A DNA stretch of 64,000 nt from Nostoc sp. (GTDB lineage: Bacteria > Cyanobacteriota > Cyanobacteriia > Cyanobacteriales > Nostocaceae): assembly GCF_036918015.1 (NCBI RefSeq), contig NZ_JBALEO010000077.1, positions 64,126 through 128,125 of the forward strand, read 5' to 3'. A program made the position numbers and the translations under genes. Shown in pieces: positions 59,785 through 64,000 of this stretch. Under the pieces are notes generated by a model. The model did not search any database. It was not told where the DNA came from and saw only the letters and a program-made list of their open reading frames with translations. Position 1 is the stretch's first letter. Every line of letters begins with the position of its first letter.

Positions 59785-60705
59785 CTACTGTTCCTGAATT
59801 GCTGCTGTTTTGGGAGGAAACTGAATTCTTGGATCTGGCATGAAATTATATCTCAAGTACCATCCTGCCGAAACAAACAGGATAATTAATAACCCACCAA
59901 TACCAAGGGGACTAGGAAGCCAAAAAACAGCTTCTATGTGATTTAGCTCACCAGGTTGGAGTTTCCACACTAATTGATTGCCATTTTTTTCTGGCTCAAT
60001 TGCAGTTTCAGTTAGTTGAATATTTTTGGCTCCCCAAGGAGTCTTCAAGCTAAATTCTAAGTCGAGAATTGAACCAGCATTAGCTAGAACGTTACCTTTA
60101 CTGGCAATTAGAGAGAGCGATCGCAAATCCAAATCATAAATTAACCGATTTCGGACTAAAAGTAAAAAATTATTCTGCTCCAAGAGGACGTTTGATTCAA
60201 TTTTTGGCAGTTCTGAGTTAGATTCGCTCTGCACAGACTCAGAGGGTTGATTCGCATGGGAGTTAAAGAATTCGTTGAACTTCTCTTGCAATTCCGTACC
60301 ATTGCTAAAAGGAATTGTGACGATAATTTCTTCTTGGGAAACTCGCTGTGCTTTACCATCAAGTTGACGGGCGCGGCGTTCTATGCTCTTTAACCATTCG
60401 TACACAGAATCGCCACTAAAACTGGTTAGCCGTTCTCCCAACTTAATATGCTGTACTAGTTCGCCACTATTTGAGTTATCAAAATTAAGCCCGACATCGT
60501 ACTTCACACAGCCAGTCAGTAGCAAAGATGTTAATAGCACGAGCCACAGAATAGGATTTCGCATCGGAAAAACGCGGTTCATTCGATTTCGACCATTCAG
60601 TGGTGAGAGAAATTTCATCTTTGCCAACACAAAACTAAACGGTCTGACTAACCAGAAGAAAATCTTTCCGAAAATTGAAGAATTCATAACTATAAATCTC
60701 CCCAA
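59785..60705 (-). CDS. DUF3153 lipoprotein
   Basis: LLLTGCVKYDVGL lipobox, LVWKLQPGELNHIEAVFW, C-terminal TM. Confidence 0.8.
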   Translation of the reverse strand: MGRFIVMNSSIFGKIFFWLVRPFSFVLAKMKFLSPLNGRNRMNRVFPMRNPILWLVLLTSLLLTGCVKYDVGLNFDNSNSGELVQHIKLGERLTSFSGDSVYEWLKSIERRARQLDGKAQRVSQEEIIVTIPFSNGTELQEKFNEFFNSHANQPSESVQSESNSELPKIESNVLLEQNNFLLLVRNRLIYDLDLRSLSLIASKGNVLANAGSILDLEFSLKTPWGAKNIQLTETAIEPEKNGNQLVWKLQPGELNHIEAVFWLPSPLGIGGLLIILFVSAGWYLRYNFMPDPRIQFPPKTAAIQEQ

Positions 60706-60715
60706 AAGTCAACAG

Positions 60716-60870
60716 ATTTTGGATTTTAAATTTTGGATTTTGGATTAACCCCACCCATAAACGGATAAAGTTCAAAGATTTTAAATTTTGGATTTTGGTT
60801 CATCCCTCAACCCTTCTGGGTGAAGGATAAACCAAAAGAATCTAAAATCCAAAATCCAAAATCCAAAATT
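60716..60870. repeat. Inverted STRR arrays (TTTTGGA)n / (TCCAAAA)n
   Basis: Seen directly. Confidence 0.8.
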
Positions 60871-60874
60871 GTTA

Positions 60875-61417
60875 TCAGCCAGGAGTTCCTGAAAAATTCA
60901 ACCAAACCAAGTACGAGATGGTTAAACCAATGGCAATTAGCGCCACCCAGATAAAGCGATTATCTCTGGTATTGACCTGACTGAGGTCAACGAATTCTGG
61001 CTCGGCAGGTTTTGGCTTTTGCTGGACAGAAGATTTTGGAGACTTAGCAGGTACAGAAATTTTGAGTTCATTATCGGCTAATGCACCCAAATCGGGGATT
61101 TCGGTCATCCATTCGCTTGGTCTTTTCAGCTTTGGTGCTTTTAAGATATAAAGCATCTGCCGCGCTTGTTTGCTGATTTCAAAATGGGCATGGCGTTTGA
61201 GTCTTTCGCAAAGAGCGATCGCATCATCCGTGCGTCCAGCCGCTTCATAAGCTGTCACTAGATGAATTTCTACTTCGCCCCCAAGGCGAGAATTACGAGC
61301 TAACAGAGCGCTGGCCTTTTCTAAATTTTCTACGGCTTCACGGTATTGCCCATTCTCAAAGGCAAGTTTCCCAGCCTGGTAGCGGGTTTTAGCAATTTCT
61401 AAACTTTCTGTACTCAC
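60875..61417 (-). CDS. TPR-containing membrane-anchored protein
   Basis: YQAGKLAFENGQYREAVENLEKA TPR; C-terminal TM. Confidence 0.8.
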   Translation of the reverse strand: MSTESLEIAKTRYQAGKLAFENGQYREAVENLEKASALLARNSRLGGEVEIHLVTAYEAAGRTDDAIALCERLKRHAHFEISKQARQMLYILKAPKLKRPSEWMTEIPDLGALADNELKISVPAKSPKSSVQQKPKPAEPEFVDLSQVNTRDNRFIWVALIAIGLTISYLVWLNFSGTPG

Positions 61418-61569
61418 GTCTTATACAAAAATTAGCACTATTTTCATTTTGCCAATGCCAGCAATCTTTTTGGAATCTTTTCAAAAGCTGGCAATCTGAA
61501 AGTGGATAAACTTCTAAAATTTTAAGTAAGTAGCTGCGACTATTTTCTGATTAAAAATTCCGGTATCAA

Positions 61570-61986
61570 ATGCAGGTGAGCAAAATTATGTTGAAAATCA
61601 AGCATTCGCAACTGAATTGGCTCTTAGCAGGTATGACTTTAGCAGTGATGGGTGTAAGTGTTGCTCCAGCTTCGGCCCAACGTGCGTTCAGGATTGATGG
61701 TGGTTATGGAGTCAGGCGATCGTCGCCTTCTGTGGGTTCCTTTATTTATGGTAGTCCGATTCCCACGCCTATGCCTGTAGACCCAACAACGGGACTAATG
61801 ATACAACGCAATCATTACCGCGATTATTCCTATCCCCAGTTCAGGCAGAACGTGAGAAATTCCACCCCGATCAATCCAACAATTCGAGACTCAACCCTAG
61901 TTAATCCAGTAATTATCAATAATTCATGGCGTCGTACACCATTTAGCGGCGGGCGATCGCGGGTTATTATTACCTATCCCCGCTAG
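61570..61986 (+). CDS. Hypothetical secreted low-complexity protein
   Basis: Signal peptide ending APASA; Pro/Asn/Arg-rich. Confidence 0.65.
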   Translation: MQVSKIMLKIKHSQLNWLLAGMTLAVMGVSVAPASAQRAFRIDGGYGVRRSSPSVGSFIYGSPIPTPMPVDPTTGLMIQRNHYRDYSYPQFRQNVRNSTPINPTIRDSTLVNPVIINNSWRRTPFSGGRSRVIITYPR

Positions 61987-62137
61987 GAAGCAGGGGGGCA
62001 GCACTTCGGCTACGCTCAGTGACCGAGGAGTAGAGGGGCAGGGGAGGTGAATATCAAATACTCGTCCACAAGTAAAAAACGAGTTTTAATTTACCCAAAA
62101 TTACAGTTACAAATCATTTTCCCAGCCTCCCCGGCCT

Positions 62138-63034
62138 CTACGACGTAAACTGCGAACCGAGAATCATTGTCCCAATCCCAACATCAGTAAAGATTTCTAG
62201 TAACAGGGCGTGGGGAATGCGACCATCGATGATGTGTGCGGCACGGACTCCTTGAGCAAGCGATCGCACACAACAACTCACTTTGGGAATCATCCCACCG
62301 CTGACTATACCATTAGCAATTAACTCGCGGGCTTCGCGGATATCTACTTTCGGAATCAAAGTAGATTGGTCTTTGTAATCTTTTAAAATTCCACTGGTGT
62401 CGGTCAGTAAAATTAACTTTTCTGCTCCTAATGCAGCAGCGATTTCCCCGGCTACAGTATCAGCGTTAATGTTATACGCTTGCCCCGTCTCATCTGCGGC
62501 GACGCTAGAGACTACCGGAATATAGCCATTGCTAGCAAGGGTTTCCAAAATCTTGATATTTACATTGCTGACTTCCCCCACAAAGCCGATGCCTTCTTGA
62601 CCTTGGGGACGGGCTGTAAATAGATTACCGTCTTTACCGCAAAGTCCGACAGCCAATCCACCGGCTTGGTTAATTAGCGCGACAATTTCTTTGTTAACTC
62701 GACCAACTAAAACCATTTCCACCACATCCATTGTGGCGGCATCAGTGACTCGCAAACCATTCTTAAATTGTGGTTCGATGCCCAGCTTATCTAACCAACT
62801 GTTAATTTCTGGGCCACCACCGTGTACTACTATTGGACGCAAGCCAACGCAGGATAAGAATACAATGTCGCGGATAACTTTGTCTTTGAGTGTGCTATCT
62901 TTCATCGCTGCACCGCCATATTTGACAACAACAGTGCGACCGGCGAATTGTTGAATATAAGGTAGTGCTTCACTGAGTACACGCACACGAGTAGCTTCAG
63001 TTTGTCTGATGTATTCAGAATCGTTGTCCGTCAT
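62138..63034 (-). CDS. argB: Acetylglutamate kinase
   Basis: [37 protein letters not shown]. Confidence 0.97.
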   Translation of the reverse strand: MTDNDSEYIRQTEATRVRVLSEALPYIQQFAGRTVVVKYGGAAMKDSTLKDKVIRDIVFLSCVGLRPIVVHGGGPEINSWLDKLGIEPQFKNGLRVTDAATMDVVEMVLVGRVNKEIVALINQAGGLAVGLCGKDGNLFTARPQGQEGIGFVGEVSNVNIKILETLASNGYIPVVSSVAADETGQAYNINADTVAGEIAAALGAEKLILLTDTSGILKDYKDQSTLIPKVDIREARELIANGIVSGGMIPKVSCCVRSLAQGVRAAHIIDGRIPHALLLEIFTDVGIGTMILGSQFTS

Positions 63035-63312
63035 GAGGAGCCTAACAGAGAGAGTTAAAACCTATTTCAGTCAGTGTAGAAGACTTTGTAACTCGTCACA
63101 ATCTCTGATGCCAAAGTTGAGTATGTCTGTACTGATCAGCCATAAGCTGTCGCGCATTTAAATTTGATAATTTAGCGCCAGAAAACGTTTCCTGTATTAG
63201 ATTGTCTTGTAAAACTAGATGCCGAACAACTTAGCTGTTTAGTTTGTCTCAGAAAGGTGAAAATCTATAAAAGAAGGACTAGCAACGAAAATCGAAAATT
63301 ATCAGGAGAAAT

Positions 63313-63540
63313 ATGGACACACCGATTCTCCATCGGCTAATTGAAGAATTAAAAGTTATGCCTGAAGACTTGCAGTATCGAGTGCTGGAGTTTGCCCGAA
63401 CTTTAGTAGGTTCGCAAATTCATGGTGTTCCAGGTAGACAATTATTAAATTTTGCAGGTACAATACCGCCAAACGATATTCAGTTGATGCGCGAAGCAAT
63501 TGAACAAGATTGCGAACAGGTAGATATAGATGAGTGGTAG
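63313..63540 (+). CDS. Putative antitoxin (VapB/DUF2281-like)
   Basis: 75 aa, LQYRVLEFARTL...GVPGRQLLNFAG; overlaps the PIN toxin start. Confidence 0.7.
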   Translation: MDTPILHRLIEELKVMPEDLQYRVLEFARTLVGSQIHGVPGRQLLNFAGTIPPNDIQLMREAIEQDCEQVDIDEW

Positions 63541-63686
63541 ATACCTGCTTGACACTAATATTATTATTGCTTTATTTGCAATTGATATAGCAGTAAATAA
63601 TCAGCTAGTAAATACAGAAGAAATTTTTATTCCTAGTGTTGCTATTGGTGAATTATTCTACGGTGCTAGAAAATCAGGGCGATCGC
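63530..63686 (+). pseudogene. VapC PIN-domain toxin truncated at a HIP1 site
   Basis: YLLDTNIII, IPSVAIGELFYGARKSGR; PIN similarity ends at GCGATCGC 63679-63686. Confidence 0.8.
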
Positions 63687-64000
63687 CTGTCAAAATGACC
63701 CAGATGTATCTAAGCAGAAAAACAAACAAGTTATGTGGCCAACCTGTATCAAAAACCTTTCACCTATTAAATATGCTTTAGAAACAGGAGAGCTACCTCA
63801 ATGGATAAGGCAGGCTTTTAATAGGGAAGGGATCTTTAATGAAGATGAAATGGTCATCCCTATTCGTCCAGTTTCATTTTTAGGTAACTGTAGCACGGCT
63901 GCATACATTGATTGTCCTAATACCCCTGAACACCACATAGAAAATGCTCGATACAGTAGCGGCTATCTTCGTCAGGTCGGAAAGTATTACTGGTTTGACT
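63679..64000 (+). other. Headless open frame running off the window end
   Basis: AIACQNDPDVSKQKNKQVMWPTCIKNLSPIKYALETGELPQWIRQAF...GYLRQVGKYYWFD; no stop in 107 codons; upstream in-frame TAG at 63667. Confidence 0.6.

Noticed and set aside
1081-62954. Numerous antisense and alternate-frame ORFs in the six-frame track (e.g. 4199..4570, 12937..13365, 40470..40850, 60383..60748)
   Set aside because: Shadows of well-supported genes on the other strand or frame; no motifs

Overview
This 64 kb window looks like chromosome from a filamentous heterocystous cyanobacterium of the Nostoc type. The evidence is frequent HIP1 GCGATCGC sites, STRR heptamer tandem repeats, small dispersed repeats, MITE/REP-like elements and hormogonium-polysaccharide (hps) glycosyltransferases. 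Most of it is housekeeping: glycerate kinase, a polar amino acid ABC transporter, lipB, hpf, a 1-Cys peroxiredoxin, hpsL/N/O/P-like genes, a MarR-EmrA-MFS-EmrB efflux cluster, acs, ndk, speA, cugP-like, scpA, pdxH, azoR, pyrE and argB. Three accessory blocks stand out. (1) A three-gene minus-strand operon at 35.7-38.4 kb encodes a 5-hydroxymethyluracil DNA kinase-like protein (aGPT-Pplase1 family) ending in a clamp-binding-like QLCLF tail, a DUF1643 protein and a MazG/MazG_C fusion. No thymidylate-synthase-like hydroxymethylase is present, so it is a candidate modified-base-targeting anti-phage system. (2) A membrane-anchored pair of a GrpE-like protein and an Hsp70-ATPase lies at 21.6-24.5 kb. 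(3) A defence/TA island at 41.8-49.3 kb holds a decayed Zorya locus. Several unannotated deletion scars are visible: copR truncated behind copM with an intact CopR box, a fused heme oxygenase/desaturase remnant, a vapC broken exactly at a HIP1 site, and a Uma2 pseudogene. lipB carries an in-frame nested repeat insertion. No rRNA, tRNA, CRISPR array, integrase or transposase was recognised. Family assignments come from motif recognition, not database searches.
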